A DNA stretch of 64,000 bases, taken from Armatimonadota bacterium (GTDB taxonomy: Bacteria; Armatimonadota; HRBIN16). Both the position numbers and the translations under genes were made by a program. The stretch spans positions 2,048,001-2,112,000 of the forward strand of contig OY781964.1 of the NCBI GenBank assembly GCA_963677485.1. Direction: 5' to 3'. A model generated the notes under the pieces. That model was not told where the DNA came from and ran no database searches. It saw nothing but the letters and a program-made list of their open reading frames with translations. This document shows positions 1 through 10,700 of the stretch, piece after piece. Within the stretch, counting starts at the first letter, position 1. Every line of letters starts with the position of its first letter.

Positions 1-76
1 ATCCCCCACCCGCTAGAATGACAAGCACGATGATGATCCGCCAGATGTTAATCCGTTTTTTCTTGATAGTGGCCAT
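1..76 (-). CDS. Partial CDS (N-terminus only), membrane-anchored or secreted protein
   Basis: ATG at 76 preceded by AGAGGAG. Reads MATIKKKRINIWRIIIVLVILAGGG (basic then hydrophobic) and runs off the window edge. Confidence 0.65.
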   Translation of the reverse strand, partial: MATIKKKRINIWRIIIVLVILAGGG

Positions 77-205
77 TTGAACTCCTCTGTATGCCATGCA
101 TATAACCAAGCTTCACCATCACCCTGTATTACAAAGGTGATTGACCTTATAATACAATATGCAGAGTAAAAAAGATAGTCGGATTGTGATCCGGGAGGAA
201 CATAA

Positions 206-973
206 ATGCCAAGAGTGTATGCCGTGGTAAATCAGAAGGGTGGAGTAGGTAAAACAACGACCGCAGTAAACCTTTCCGCAGGGCTGGCTCTACTTGGGCA
301 AAACGTTCTGCTGATCGACACTGACCCTCAGGGTAACAGCAGCAGCGGTGTGGGTGTCGACAAAGAGGATCTGAAGTTCAGCATATATGATGTATTACTT
401 AATGAAGCAAGTCTACATGATGTCCGCTTAAGCACATCAGTAGATCGGCTCTATGTGGCCCCTGCCAACATCGAACTGACAGGAGCCGAAGTGGAACTGC
501 CGGCCATGACAGACTGGCAGTATAGATTAAAGTCAGCAATTGCTAAGGTCGAAGATGACTATGATGTGATCTTAATTGATGCTCCCCCTTCATTGGGTGT
601 TCTGACTGTCAATGCTTTAACAGCTGCCGATGGCGTGATAGTACCCATCCAGTGCGAGTATTATGCGCTAGAGGGCATCAGCCAGCTCGTAAAGACCATA
701 GAGATTATGAAGCGCAGCACCAATTCAAGCCTACATATATATAAGGTGGTGTTGACGATGAGAGATCCGCGTGCCAAGCTTACCCAGCAAGTGGAAGCTG
801 AGATCAGGAAACACTTCGGGACTATAGTATCGCGTGTCTCCATACCGAGGAATATACGGCTTAGTGAAGCACCATCCTATGGTCTTCCTGTCCAACTGTA
901 TGACCCACGCAGTAAAGGAGCCGAAGCCTATAAATTACTATCAGAAGAGGTATTGAGGAATGACAACCAATAA
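206..973 (+). CDS. parA: ParA/Soj chromosome partitioning ATPase
   Basis: Deviant Walker A NQKGGVGKTTT, DTDPQGN, PIQCEYYALEG, IPRNIRLSEAPSYG. GGAGG RBS. Confidence 0.97.
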   Translation: MPRVYAVVNQKGGVGKTTTAVNLSAGLALLGQNVLLIDTDPQGNSSSGVGVDKEDLKFSIYDVLLNEASLHDVRLSTSVDRLYVAPANIELTGAEVELPAMTDWQYRLKSAIAKVEDDYDVILIDAPPSLGVLTVNALTAADGVIVPIQCEYYALEGISQLVKTIEIMKRSTNSSLHIYKVVLTMRDPRAKLTQQVEAEIRKHFGTIVSRVSIPRNIRLSEAPSYGLPVQLYDPRSKGAEAYKLLSEEVLRNDNQ

Positions 974-1838
974 GAGGGGCGGCTTGGGTAAAGGTCTTGG
1001 AGCTTTACTAGGAGATACCAGCAGCCAAGCATCAGTATCGGAATCTATCAGGCAAATACCTCTTGACGACATCGTCGCGAACCCAGACCAGCCCCGAGGG
1101 ATGTTTGCGGACGAGACACTGAGTGAACTGGCAGCATCCATTCGAGAACACGGAGTCATTCAGCCTATCCTCGTACAAGAGACACCGGATGGCAAGTATC
1201 AGCTCATCGCGGGTGAGAGACGGACTAGAGCCAGCCGGCTTGCTGGAACGGGTACTATACCTGCAATCGTTCGGAAGGTTGAACCCCAAGACCGCCTAGA
1301 ATTGGCTTTGATTGAAAACATCCAACGAGAAGACATCAACTCCATCGACCAAGCGTTGGCATATCGGCAACTGATCGACAAATTCCATCTCACCCAGGAG
1401 CAAGTCGCCCAACGAGTCGGGAAGAGCCGTGCCTCTATTGCCAACAGCCTTCGTCTTCTCGGTTTACCCTCCGTGGTGTTACAAATGATCCGAGATGGAG
1501 ATATCACGGAAGGCCACGGTCGGGCGCTGCTGATGGCCCCGGAAAACAAGCGGACCGATCTGGCCGAACTCGCGTTGAGGAAAGGCCTGAATGTCCGAGA
1601 GCTCGAGAGGGCATCGCGTGAAGCATCTGAGAAGGGGGAGCCAAAACACGAGCTCGATGTTTCACGTGAAACACCGAGTCTCCCGGACCCCCACCTCCAG
1701 GCTGTGGCCGACCGCCTACGCGAGGCGCTTGCCACCCGAGTTACCCTTCGTAATGAGGGTGATGACACCGGGGTGATTTTGATCCATTACTACGACCTGG
1801 ATGATCTAGAGCGACTGATCGCTCAGATCTGTTCTTAA
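960..1838 (+). CDS. parB: ParB/Spo0J partitioning protein
   Basis: GLGKGLGALL N-terminus, NPDQPR, GVIQPI, IAGERR, ALIENIQRED and an HTH. Overlaps parA. Confidence 0.97.
   Translation: MTTNKRGGLGKGLGALLGDTSSQASVSESIRQIPLDDIVANPDQPRGMFADETLSELAASIREHGVIQPILVQETPDGKYQLIAGERRTRASRLAGTGTIPAIVRKVEPQDRLELALIENIQREDINSIDQALAYRQLIDKFHLTQEQVAQRVGKSRASIANSLRLLGLPSVVLQMIRDGDITEGHGRALLMAPENKRTDLAELALRKGLNVRELERASREASEKGEPKHELDVSRETPSLPDPHLQAVADRLREALATRVTLRNEGDDTGVILIHYYDLDDLERLIAQICS
1658..1673. promoter_or_regulatory. parS centromere site inside parB
   Basis: Perfect palindrome TGTTTCACGTGAAACA, matching the canonical bacterial parS consensus. Confidence 0.9.
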
Positions 1839-1863
1839 CTATAGAGATATACCGGAGGCCTAT

Positions 1864-3042
1864 ATGAGCGCAACACAAATGTCTATTGATACCATAATCA
1901 ACGCCTATTCGTCACAATATGGATGTCGACCCAGTTATATTGCTGCGGCCCCTGGGCGCATCGAGGTTCTCGGCAATCATACGGATTACAACCTGGGATA
2001 TGTCATGAGCGCCGCTATTGATCGATACACCCTGTTCGCAGTCAGCCCGTCTGATCGCAGCGCCTGCAGGGTGATGTCAGCCACGAAGCCGTCTGCCGCA
2101 GAGTTTGATCTGAGGGTGCTTGAGCATGACGATAGTGCACCATGGGCAGACTATATTAAGGGCGTGGTCGATCAGTTGCAGAAGGCGGGGGTTGATGTCC
2201 CAGCGTTCGATGCCTATCTCACATCGGATGTGCCCTTAGGGGCTGGATTGAGCAGCTCCGCGGCGCTTGAGGTCAGTTGCTGTCTCGCCTTATTGGCTCT
2301 GTCCGAGGTGGAATGGCCAGCGTGGAAGGTGGCTGAGTTAGGTAGGACCGCCGAGAATCAGTTTGTAGGCATGCCTTGCGGAATCCTAGACCAATTCTCG
2401 TCTTCCTTCGGAGTCCAGGATGCCATACTTTGGCTTGATACGCGCACTAAAGAGCATACCGCGTGTTATCTTCCGCATTCCCCTAAACTTACCTTGTGTT
2501 TGATGAACTCAATGGGTGTCCACGCATTGGTCACTGGCGACTATGCAAACCGCTTTAAAGAGTGCAAAAGGGCCAGGGATTGGTTCGCTCGTTTGATAGG
2601 CCCGCAGATAGAAGAGTTACGCGATGTCTCATTGGCAGATTTCATGGCACTGAAGGATGGGATGGATGATGCCTCGATGCGCAGGGCGAAGCACATAATC
2701 ACCGAAAATCAGCGAGTTCAGGATGCCAAGACCGCGTTGGAATCTGGTGATGTCATTACTTTAGGCCGGCTAATGTATGAATCTCATCTCAGCTCAAGCA
2801 CGGACTTCGAGAATTCCACTCCTGGATTAGATACGCTGGTCGGGATCGCAAACAGGCGAGGGGCTTTAGGCGCCCGTCTGATGGGCGGTGGCTGGGGTGG
2901 GGCCATTATATGCCTGGTCTACTCAGATCAACTAGAGCAGTTCATATCTGATGTCAGTGACGACTACTACATGGCGACAGGCATCCGGCCTGATACCTTC
3001 TGCACAGATCCCGCTGAGGGAGCTCGTATCTTTAGCGTGTAA
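1864..3042 (+). CDS. galK: Galactokinase (GHMP family)
   Basis: APGRIEVLGNHTDYN, VPLGAGLSSSAALE, CGILDQF, GARLMGGGWGG. Confidence 0.93.
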   Translation: MSATQMSIDTIINAYSSQYGCRPSYIAAAPGRIEVLGNHTDYNLGYVMSAAIDRYTLFAVSPSDRSACRVMSATKPSAAEFDLRVLEHDDSAPWADYIKGVVDQLQKAGVDVPAFDAYLTSDVPLGAGLSSSAALEVSCCLALLALSEVEWPAWKVAELGRTAENQFVGMPCGILDQFSSSFGVQDAILWLDTRTKEHTACYLPHSPKLTLCLMNSMGVHALVTGDYANRFKECKRARDWFARLIGPQIEELRDVSLADFMALKDGMDDASMRRAKHIITENQRVQDAKTALESGDVITLGRLMYESHLSSSTDFENSTPGLDTLVGIANRRGALGARLMGGGWGGAIICLVYSDQLEQFISDVSDDYYMATGIRPDTFCTDPAEGARIFSV

Positions 3043-3063
3043 TATACTTAAGCATGTAATACG

Positions 3064-3100
3064 AAAAAGGCCGGAGGAAGCTGACGCTCCTCCGGCCTTT
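3064..3100. terminator. Probable bidirectional intrinsic terminator between convergent galK and DUF151
   Basis: AAAAAGGCCGGAGG-loop-CCTCCGGCCTTT. Confidence 0.8.
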
Positions 3101-3121
3101 GTATCACTGATAAGCTAATCG

Positions 3122-3622
3122 CTATTCGGAATCCATCTGCTGAGCGTACTTCAATACCCTTTCGCAAATGAATATTGAGGTACCGCTTTTCAAGGCCATC
3201 ACTATTGCATCCGAAGGTCGTGAGTCTATTGATTTAATGCGTCCATCTGGCAACCTTACGCGAATCTTCGCATAGAATGTCTGTTGCCAAACATCATCGA
3301 TGACGGCACTCACAATGCGTCCACCCATCTCGTGGATGATTGTCATGATCAAGTCGTGACTCAGAGGGCGATCTGATTGCTCCTCATTGAGTTGGTCATT
3401 AACAGATGAAGCATCAGTTGGAGACACAATGATGATCAGACTTCGTCCTTGTTCATCTTCCAACCCGATACCATATTTGGGAGTGACTTCATCGAAGTGA
3501 CCACGAGCCTTAAAGACTCCAGTTACACGCGATAAGCATTCCATCTTTTCGTCTACGTCATATTTTAACGTATCAAAGATGTTATTCAGGGAATATTCGT
3601 CGTCAGACCACTGATTATCCAT
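3122..3622 (-). CDS. Bifunctional nuclease family protein (DUF151)
   Basis: RPLSHDL, TFYAKI and IDSRPSDAIVMAL motifs. Confidence 0.88.
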   Translation of the reverse strand: MDNQWSDDEYSLNNIFDTLKYDVDEKMECLSRVTGVFKARGHFDEVTPKYGIGLEDEQGRSLIIIVSPTDASSVNDQLNEEQSDRPLSHDLIMTIIHEMGGRIVSAVIDDVWQQTFYAKIRVRLPDGRIKSIDSRPSDAIVMALKSGTSIFICERVLKYAQQMDSE

Positions 3623-3700
3623 TTCGGCCCCCGTTTCGGTTTAAACCCGATCCGCAAGTTCGCTTCATCGCAACCCTTGCAGGTCAAACTGTGTGTGATG

Positions 3701-4978
3701 CTATTTGCCTTGGTCTTTTAGTGCTGTATCTACTGCCATCAAAAATGCTTCATTGTTAGGTGTATGAGTTAACATCCCTACCAACTGCTCTGCTGCCGGT
3801 ATGGTATCCATATTCGACAGGTGCCGACGTAGTTTCCACAGCCCTTTTAATTCGTCTTCTGTGTATAGCAGCTCCTCGTGTCTTGTTCCTGAATGTAGTA
3901 CGTCAATCGCTGGGAATATGCGTCGGTCGCTCAGGGTTCTATCGAGAACCAACTCCATATTACCAGTACCTTTGAATTCTTCAAAGATCACTTCATCCAT
4001 TCGGCTGCCTGTGTCAACAAGAGCAGTCGCCAGCACAGTCAGACTACCACCCTGTTCGATGTTTCGTGCGGCACCAAAGAAGCGCTTAGGACGGTAGAGT
4101 GCCGAGGGGTCCAGTCCACCCGATAGGGTTCTTCCGCTGGGATTGACTGTCAGGTTGCTTGCTCGCGAGAGGCGTGTCAAACTATCAAGAAGGATCACCA
4201 CATCATGCTTAGCCTCTACCATGCGCTTAGCCATCTCCAGCGTCATATCGGCCACTCGCATATGGTTCTCAGGCATCTCATCAAAGGTGCTGCTGACCAC
4301 TCGGCCTTTTACGCTGCGGCGGATGTCGGTGACCTCTTCGGGGCGTTCGTCAACCAGCAGGACCAATAGCTGCACTTCCGGATGGTTAGCGGTGAGGCTG
4401 TTCGCAATGGACTTTAACAGAGTGGTCTTACCAGCCTTTGGAGGAGCCACAATCAACCCACGCTGTCCCTTACCCACTGGTGATACCAAATCGATCAAGC
4501 GGCTGCTGATGTTCTTCGCACCATTCTCAAGTCGGAACCGCTCTGTAGGGTAGATAGGGGTTAATTCGTCGAAGGAATAGCGGTGGCGTGCGGTTTCCGG
4601 GTTCTGGTGATTCACATGCTCCACTCGAAGCAGTCCGTAATACTTTTCACTATCCTTAGGCGGTCTCACCATACCGGCCACGGTGTCACCCGTCTTTAGG
4701 TCAAACCGTTTAATCTGCGTCTGTGACACATAGATGTCATCACTGCCGTTCATACCAAAATTCACATCGCGGCGTATAAAACCAAACCCGTCCGACATCG
4801 CTTCAAGAATGCCTTCGGCGCGTATCTGACCACCAGCATCGGCGTGGACCTGCAGAACTTTTTTGATCACCTCCTGTCGACGTGCGTTCTCCTCAACTAT
4901 CACGTTGCGAGCCCGTGCATAGAGATGAAGCTCCTCGAGGCTGAGGGCATCGAACGAGGCTAAGTCAAGATTTTCCAT
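3701..4978 (-). CDS. rho: Transcription termination factor Rho
   Basis: [53 protein letters not shown]. Confidence 0.98.
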   Translation of the reverse strand: MENLDLASFDALSLEELHLYARARNVIVEENARRQEVIKKVLQVHADAGGQIRAEGILEAMSDGFGFIRRDVNFGMNGSDDIYVSQTQIKRFDLKTGDTVAGMVRPPKDSEKYYGLLRVEHVNHQNPETARHRYSFDELTPIYPTERFRLENGAKNISSRLIDLVSPVGKGQRGLIVAPPKAGKTTLLKSIANSLTANHPEVQLLVLLVDERPEEVTDIRRSVKGRVVSSTFDEMPENHMRVADMTLEMAKRMVEAKHDVVILLDSLTRLSRASNLTVNPSGRTLSGGLDPSALYRPKRFFGAARNIEQGGSLTVLATALVDTGSRMDEVIFEEFKGTGNMELVLDRTLSDRRIFPAIDVLHSGTRHEELLYTEDELKGLWKLRRHLSNMDTIPAAEQLVGMLTHTPNNEAFLMAVDTALKDQGK

Positions 4979-5246
4979 TCAGCTAATCACCTTTAGGGTT
5001 TAAGAAGGCGCCACACCTCGTTATACGGGTGCGGGATACGCCTGAAGTCTGCGAAATACCCAGCGTTATCACAGGATACCGATGTGGGATTTTACGATGT
5101 CGGGATTCATTACGGAAGCCGAAGATGAAATAGTGACATCTATTGGCTATATGGAGAGTGGATAGGTCTTCTCCAAATCTATTATAGCGTATATTTCCGT
5201 CTGTCTGTGTCGTTATGCATTCACAGATGACAATATAAACGCCGAT

Positions 5247-5774
5247 CTACTCAGGATCACCCTCAAATACGCCGATATAAGGCAAATTGCGGTACTTACC
5301 GGCATAGTCCAACCCGTATCCGATCACGAATTCGTCGGGGATATCAAATCCAACATAGTCGACTTTGACATCGATTTGCCGACGAGCTGGTTTATCGAGC
5401 AACGTGGCGATTCGGTAGCTCTTGGCATTATGAAGGCGAAGGTTGTCCAGCAAGAACTTCAACGTCAGACCGGTATCCACGATGTCTTCCACTACGACCA
5501 CATCACGGCCTACTACATTCTGGTCAAGGTCCTTCATGATGCGCACGACACCACTGCTCTTGGTGGAATGACCGTAGCTGCTGATAGACACGAAGTCATA
5601 ATCCAGTTCACCGTCAATGCAGCGAATCAGGTCAGTTAAAAACACCGCAGCTCCCTGAAGAACACCAACGAAAAGCGGCTTGCTGTCAGGACCCAGGTCC
5701 TCTCGAATCTGCTTGCCCATCACCTGAATGCGTTCTCGAATCTGCTGTTCGGAAAGTAGTACCCTGATTGTCAT
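5247..5774 (-). CDS. hpt: Hypoxanthine phosphoribosyltransferase
   Basis: PRPP motif VVEDIVDTGLTL and FVIGYGLDY..YRNLPYI. Start moved to ATG 5774, which has an AGAGGG RBS. Confidence 0.95.
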   Translation of the reverse strand: MTIRVLLSEQQIRERIQVMGKQIREDLGPDSKPLFVGVLQGAAVFLTDLIRCIDGELDYDFVSISSYGHSTKSSGVVRIMKDLDQNVVGRDVVVVEDIVDTGLTLKFLLDNLRLHNAKSYRIATLLDKPARRQIDVKVDYVGFDIPDEFVIGYGLDYAGKYRNLPYIGVFEGDPE

Positions 5775-5785
5775 GCTTGTACCCT

Positions 5786-7342
5786 CTATTCCCACTCAAT
5801 AGTGGCCGGCGGCTTGCTGGTGATGTCATACACCACGCGGTTTACGCCCGGCACCTCACCAACGATGCGGTTGGAGGCACGCTCTAACACTTCATAGGGG
5901 ATGCGTGCCCAGTCTGCGGTCATAGCATCTTCGCTGACAACGGCGCGTAAAATGATCGGTCGGCCATATGTTCGCTGGTCGCCCATCACGCCCACACTTC
6001 GGATGTCCGGGATGGCGGCGTAGCTCTGCCATATCTGACGATAGATACCCGCAGCCTTCAGTTCATCACGGAAGATTTTATCAGCAGCTCGAACCGCTTC
6101 GATCTTCTCTTCGGTCACTTCACCGATGATGCGAACGGCCAAACCAGGACCAGGGAACGGCTGCCGCCATACGATGTCATCGGGCAGACCCAACTCGGCT
6201 GCCACGGCGCGTACCTCATCCTTAAACAGCCAGCGGAACGGCTCCACCAGCACCAGACGCATATCTTCCGGCAGACCGCCCACATTGTGGTGCGTCTTAA
6301 TAGTTTGACTATGCTTGGTGCCTCCACTCTCTATCACATCTGGATAGAGGGTGCCTTGTCCCAAAAAGGTGCAGTCTCGCAGCTCATCAGCATACTCTTC
6401 GAATACGCGGATAAACTCCTCGCCGATGATTTTACGTTTCTTCTCCGGCTCGTTCACGCCAGCCAGTTTGTCCATAAACCGCTTGCGCGCATCCACAAAC
6501 ACCAGCTTCACGGGGTAGTTCACGCTGAAGGTTTCTCGAACCTGTTCAGCTTCACCCGCGCGCAGCAGGTTGTGGTCCACAAACAGGCAGGTCACCTTAT
6601 CGCCGCCAAGCGCCTTAGTCAGCAGCGAGGCCAACGTCATGCTGTCTACCCCGCCCGATACCGCACACAGCACGCGGGCATCGCCCACTTGCTCGCGGAT
6701 ACGCTCACAGCTCTGTTCCACGAAATTGCCCATGTTCCAGTCGCCCTTGCAGCCGCACACACCGATGGCGAAGTTGCGCAGAAGCTGGCTTCCGAACGGT
6801 GTATGCACTACCTCAGGGTGGAACTGTACACCATAGAAGCGGCGCGTAGGATCGCTCATCGCCGCCACGGGCGTAGAAGGCGTTTCAGCCGTCACACTGA
6901 ACCCGGGCGGAGGCGCTGTCACCTTATCGCCGTGACTCATCCAGCAGGTCTGGGTGGGTTCGATGCCGTTCCACAGCGCATCGCTGAGGTCGCTAACCGT
7001 CAGATCGGTACGGCCATACTCGCGCAGACCAGTGGCTTCAACCTGACCGCCCAGCGTGTAGGTCATCAACTGGTGACCGTAGCAAATGCCAAGCACTGGC
7101 ACACCGAGGCTGAACAAACCCGCATCGATACGTGGCGCACCCTCTTCATAAACGCTGGAAGGGCCGCCACTCAATACGATTCCGCTTGGTTTGCGTGCGA
7201 TAATTTGTTTGAGGTCGGTATCGGCGGGTATGATTTCGCTATAGACATTGCATTCCCGAATTCGGCGCGCGATCAGTTGGGTGTACTGGGCACCAAAATC
7301 GACAACGAGGATGGTTTCAGAAGCGGGAGCTTGTTGTGCCAT
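5786..7342 (-). CDS. guaA: GMP synthase (glutamine-hydrolysing)
   Basis: [41 protein letters not shown]. Confidence 0.98.
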   Translation of the reverse strand: MAQQAPASETILVVDFGAQYTQLIARRIRECNVYSEIIPADTDLKQIIARKPSGIVLSGGPSSVYEEGAPRIDAGLFSLGVPVLGICYGHQLMTYTLGGQVEATGLREYGRTDLTVSDLSDALWNGIEPTQTCWMSHGDKVTAPPPGFSVTAETPSTPVAAMSDPTRRFYGVQFHPEVVHTPFGSQLLRNFAIGVCGCKGDWNMGNFVEQSCERIREQVGDARVLCAVSGGVDSMTLASLLTKALGGDKVTCLFVDHNLLRAGEAEQVRETFSVNYPVKLVFVDARKRFMDKLAGVNEPEKKRKIIGEEFIRVFEEYADELRDCTFLGQGTLYPDVIESGGTKHSQTIKTHHNVGGLPEDMRLVLVEPFRWLFKDEVRAVAAELGLPDDIVWRQPFPGPGLAVRIIGEVTEEKIEAVRAADKIFRDELKAAGIYRQIWQSYAAIPDIRSVGVMGDQRTYGRPIILRAVVSEDAMTADWARIPYEVLERASNRIVGEVPGVNRVVYDITSKPPATIEWE

Positions 7343-7589
7343 TGAATTTCCTTGGTGGAGGGTAATCTGTGTTTCTACATATATTGTACCCTGTAACCGC
7401 TCTGAAGGTAGAAATGCCCATCATAGTGATCGCATGGCCAGGCTATTGCACCTCTTCAATCGGTCTGCAGGTGACGTAGAAGGAATGCCTCTAGCTTTGT
7501 CATTGGCAGCCGGTAGGCAACTCAAGAAATGACCTCTGTGTTATAAGATATGACCAAGTTCTTAGCAAATCACACCCGCCCCACGAACC

Positions 7590-7772
7590 CTACTTCCGTT
7601 TGCGGAATGCGTTGAACGCCAGCACAATCACAATGATCACCGGTATGGCCAGCATCTGCACAGACACAGCATTTGGGCCAAACTGCGGTTCCTCCTCATC
7701 ATGAGCGTGGGCCAGGATCGGGGTGAGCCACAACACAGCAGTTATTAGTAAAATCCGATATCGTGATTTCAT
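7590..7772 (-). CDS. Small (60 aa) exported or membrane protein
   Basis: GAGG RBS, signal peptide ending AHA, short acidic linker, one TM helix and an RKRK tail. Confidence 0.6.
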   Translation of the reverse strand: MKSRYRILLITAVLWLTPILAHAHDEEEPQFGPNAVSVQMLAIPVIIVIVLAFNAFRKRK

Positions 7773-7915
7773 GGGATAACCTCAATTAAGCACCTGGGTG
7801 CATACTAACAGTATTATGCCCGGTTATGGCCAACTCGACACAACATGCGGGCACAAAATCGAGCGAAATGCTGGTATAGTAACGTATCGAATGATGATGG
7901 GAGACATGCACCCTG

Positions 7916-8830
7916 ATGCCATTAATCTCTACCCAGGAACTCTGCGTGGCGTACGGCAGCAAGATCGCACTGGATTCGCTCAGCCTGGAGGTGCCCGAGG
8001 GCAGTGTTGGCCTTCTGGGCCCCAACGGCGCGGGAAAATCCACGCTGCTGAAGACACTGCTGGGCTTCCTTACACCCAAATCCGGCACAGCCGAGGTGAT
8101 GGGGGTCAACAGCCGTCGCAACCCCCTGGAAATACGCTCAAAGGTCGGCCTGATGCCGGAACAGGACTGCCACATCCCCGGCATGACGGGACTGGCCTTG
8201 GTGGCCTACGCCGGGGAGCTGTGCGGCATGCCCGCCAGTCAGGCCTTACGCCGTGGGCACGAGGTGCTGGAGTATTGCGGCTTAGGCGATGCCCGTTACC
8301 GCATGGTGGATACCTATAGTACAGGTATGCTGCAGCGCGTGAAGCTGGCGCAGGCACTGGTTCATGGTCCCCAGATGCTGCTGCTTGATGAACCCACCAA
8401 CGGTCTGGACCCCAAAGGCCGTGAAGAGATGCTGCAACTGGTGTACGACATCTGGCACAAGTTCCAGGTGAATGTGGTGCTGTGCTCGCACCTTCTGCCC
8501 GATGTGGAGCGTGTGTGCGACTACGTTCTGGTGATGCAGAACGGCAAACTGACCGCGCAGGGCACCATCGCAGAGCTTCGCGGAGGGGTTTCCGCAAGAT
8601 ACAGGGTGGAGCTGGACCGCACCAACGACGCGCTTCTGGATATCTGGAAGCAGTCAGGCGTGAGCATCGTGCAGCAGCTTGGTGTGGGCCGATTCGTGCT
8701 GGATGTGCCGGCGGACGCGCTAGCCAGCCGCCTGCTATATGATTGTGCCCACCAGGCCGGGCTGGTTCTGCGTGAGGTGGTACCCGCCAGACGCAGCCTG
8801 GAAGACGTGTTTATGGAGGCCGTTCAGTGA
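7916..8830 (+). CDS. ABC transporter ATP-binding protein
   Basis: GPNGAGKST, YSTGMLQR, LLDEPTNGLDP. Confidence 0.93.
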   Translation: MPLISTQELCVAYGSKIALDSLSLEVPEGSVGLLGPNGAGKSTLLKTLLGFLTPKSGTAEVMGVNSRRNPLEIRSKVGLMPEQDCHIPGMTGLALVAYAGELCGMPASQALRRGHEVLEYCGLGDARYRMVDTYSTGMLQRVKLAQALVHGPQMLLLDEPTNGLDPKGREEMLQLVYDIWHKFQVNVVLCSHLLPDVERVCDYVLVMQNGKLTAQGTIAELRGGVSARYRVELDRTNDALLDIWKQSGVSIVQQLGVGRFVLDVPADALASRLLYDCAHQAGLVLREVVPARRSLEDVFMEAVQ

Positions 8831-9780
8831 GCCAGAACGCCCAGATTACCGACATGGGTTACCGGCCCTACTCCGGCCCTCGAAACCTGCACTCACCGAA
8901 ATGGTGGGTGATCGCCCGCACCATGATGCGCCAGACGATGCGGAAACCCGCCTACTGGGTCACCGTGCTGCTATTCAGCCTTCCCTGGTTGTTTACTGGC
9001 ATCTTCTTCTATATGCAGGCCAGCGCGTCGCAAATTCCGTTTGGCAACATGCTTTCTGACCCCACCGCCTTTCCCAGCATCTTCTTAAGGGCATTTAACA
9101 TGCAGCGCTGGGGACTGCTGATCATTGCGCTGATCAGCGGCGCGGGCTGTATCGCCGCAGACAACCGGGCCAACGCGCTGCTGCTCTACCTCAGCAAGCC
9201 GCTTTCGCACGGTCAGTATCTGCTGGGGAAGTGGCTGTCGGTGTTTGTGCCGGTGTTCATGGCCAGTGTAGTGCCGGCGCTCATTATCGCCATCTACTGC
9301 TGGCTGGGGTTTGAGTGGAAGAAGTTCGGCGGGGCGTATCCCTGGTTGCTACCGCAGATCATCATCTGCGCCGCGGTGCCCGCCGCACTGTTTTCTAGCG
9401 TGCTGCTGGGCATATCGGCATGGGCCAAATCGGCGCGCATGGCCGGAGCCATACTGGTCTCACTATACATGCTGACCAACATTGGCGCGATGATGATGTC
9501 GGATATCTCACGCAACAACAACCCGGAGCTGGGTTCCCGCATCGAATACTACAGCATTCAGGGTGTGATCAACGGGATCAGCCAGGCTACGATGAAGATC
9601 GGTGTGAAAGGTGATCTACACATGGATGTGTTGGGTGGTATGGGGCGTCATCACCGTGGACCGACGCAGTTGGGCGAAGTGCCATTGCTGAACGTGTCGC
9701 TGATCGCACTGGGGCTGGTCGCAGCCGGAGTGGCAGCCGCGCGGATCCGTGTGAAGGCGGTTGAGGTGGTGAAGGGATGA
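8827..9780 (+). CDS. ABC-2 type permease
   Basis: Multiple TM segments, LLYLSKPLS..YLLGKW motif, overlapping neighbours. Confidence 0.85.
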   Translation: MSQNAQITDMGYRPYSGPRNLHSPKWWVIARTMMRQTMRKPAYWVTVLLFSLPWLFTGIFFYMQASASQIPFGNMLSDPTAFPSIFLRAFNMQRWGLLIIALISGAGCIAADNRANALLLYLSKPLSHGQYLLGKWLSVFVPVFMASVVPALIIAIYCWLGFEWKKFGGAYPWLLPQIIICAAVPAALFSSVLLGISAWAKSARMAGAILVSLYMLTNIGAMMMSDISRNNNPELGSRIEYYSIQGVINGISQATMKIGVKGDLHMDVLGGMGRHHRGPTQLGEVPLLNVSLIALGLVAAGVAAARIRVKAVEVVKG

Positions 9781-10700
9781 TCGAACTGAAGAACGCCTCG
9801 CGATGGTATGGGCAGGTGATCGGCGCGAACGACATCAGCCTGACCATCCAAGCCGGCATCACCGCCCTGCTGGGCCCGAACGGCTCGGGTAAAAGCACGA
9901 TGATTAAGATGATCACCGGCCAGCTCCGGCCCACCACCGGCAGCGTGCGGGTGGATGGCATGAACCCCTTCGCTAACCCCAAAGTATATGCACAAATGGG
10001 CTATTGCCCGGAGTTTGAGCAGGGATACGAGGAGATGAGCGGCCGCGAGTTTGTGTGGCAGATGGCCTCAATGTCGGGCATCCCACAAGCCAAACTTAAG
10101 GAACAAGTGGACTGGGCGCTTGATGAGGTTAAAATAACCACAGCGGCTGATCGGGCCATCGGTGGCTACAGCAAGGGGATGCGCCAGCGGATTAAGATCG
10201 CTCAGGCCATTGTGCATAACCCACGAATACTCGTTTTGGACGAACCTCTGAACGGGCTGGACCCGCTTGGTCGGCATGAAATCTGCGAGCTGATGCTGCG
10301 ATACGCCTCGGAAGGCCGTTGTGTGCTGGTCTCCAGCCACATCCTGCACGAGGTGGAGCAGCTCACTCAGAATATCGTGTTGCTGTTCCGTGGCCGGATG
10401 CTGGCCCAAGGCGATGTCCGCCAGCTTCGCCAACTGATCGACAACCACCCGCATCGGATACTCATCCAAAGCACCCAACCGCGTGAGCTGGCCTCAGCCT
10501 TGATCACCTGGCCACATGTGTTGAACGTGCAACTGGACAAAACCGACCAGGGCTGGCTGGAGGTGCAGGTGGACTCACCCGGTGAGTTCTACGCACTGCT
10601 GCAGCAGATGGTGATTGAGAAGGGCTACTTGGTGGATGAGGTCTCCTCACCCGACAACAACCTGGAGGCGGTGTTTAACTACCTGGTGAAAAGCTCATGA
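9777..10700 (+). CDS. ABC transporter ATP-binding protein
   Basis: GPNGSGKST, YSKGMRQR, LDEPLNGLDP, SSHILHE. Confidence 0.93.
   Translation: MIELKNASRWYGQVIGANDISLTIQAGITALLGPNGSGKSTMIKMITGQLRPTTGSVRVDGMNPFANPKVYAQMGYCPEFEQGYEEMSGREFVWQMASMSGIPQAKLKEQVDWALDEVKITTAADRAIGGYSKGMRQRIKIAQAIVHNPRILVLDEPLNGLDPLGRHEICELMLRYASEGRCVLVSSHILHEVEQLTQNIVLLFRGRMLAQGDVRQLRQLIDNHPHRILIQSTQPRELASALITWPHVLNVQLDKTDQGWLEVQVDSPGEFYALLQQMVIEKGYLVDEVSSPDNNLEAVFNYLVKSS

Noticed and set aside
4979-5246. Structured regulatory leader of rho
   Set aside because: The intergenic region is long enough, but no convincing stem or known motif is visible.
6287-7345. Long antisense ORFs (also 14655..15674, 21507..22496, 29878..31125, 34610..36235, 54427..55341, 61136..62320)
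   Set aside because: Shadow frames opposite well-supported genes in GC-rich DNA, with no recognisable motifs.
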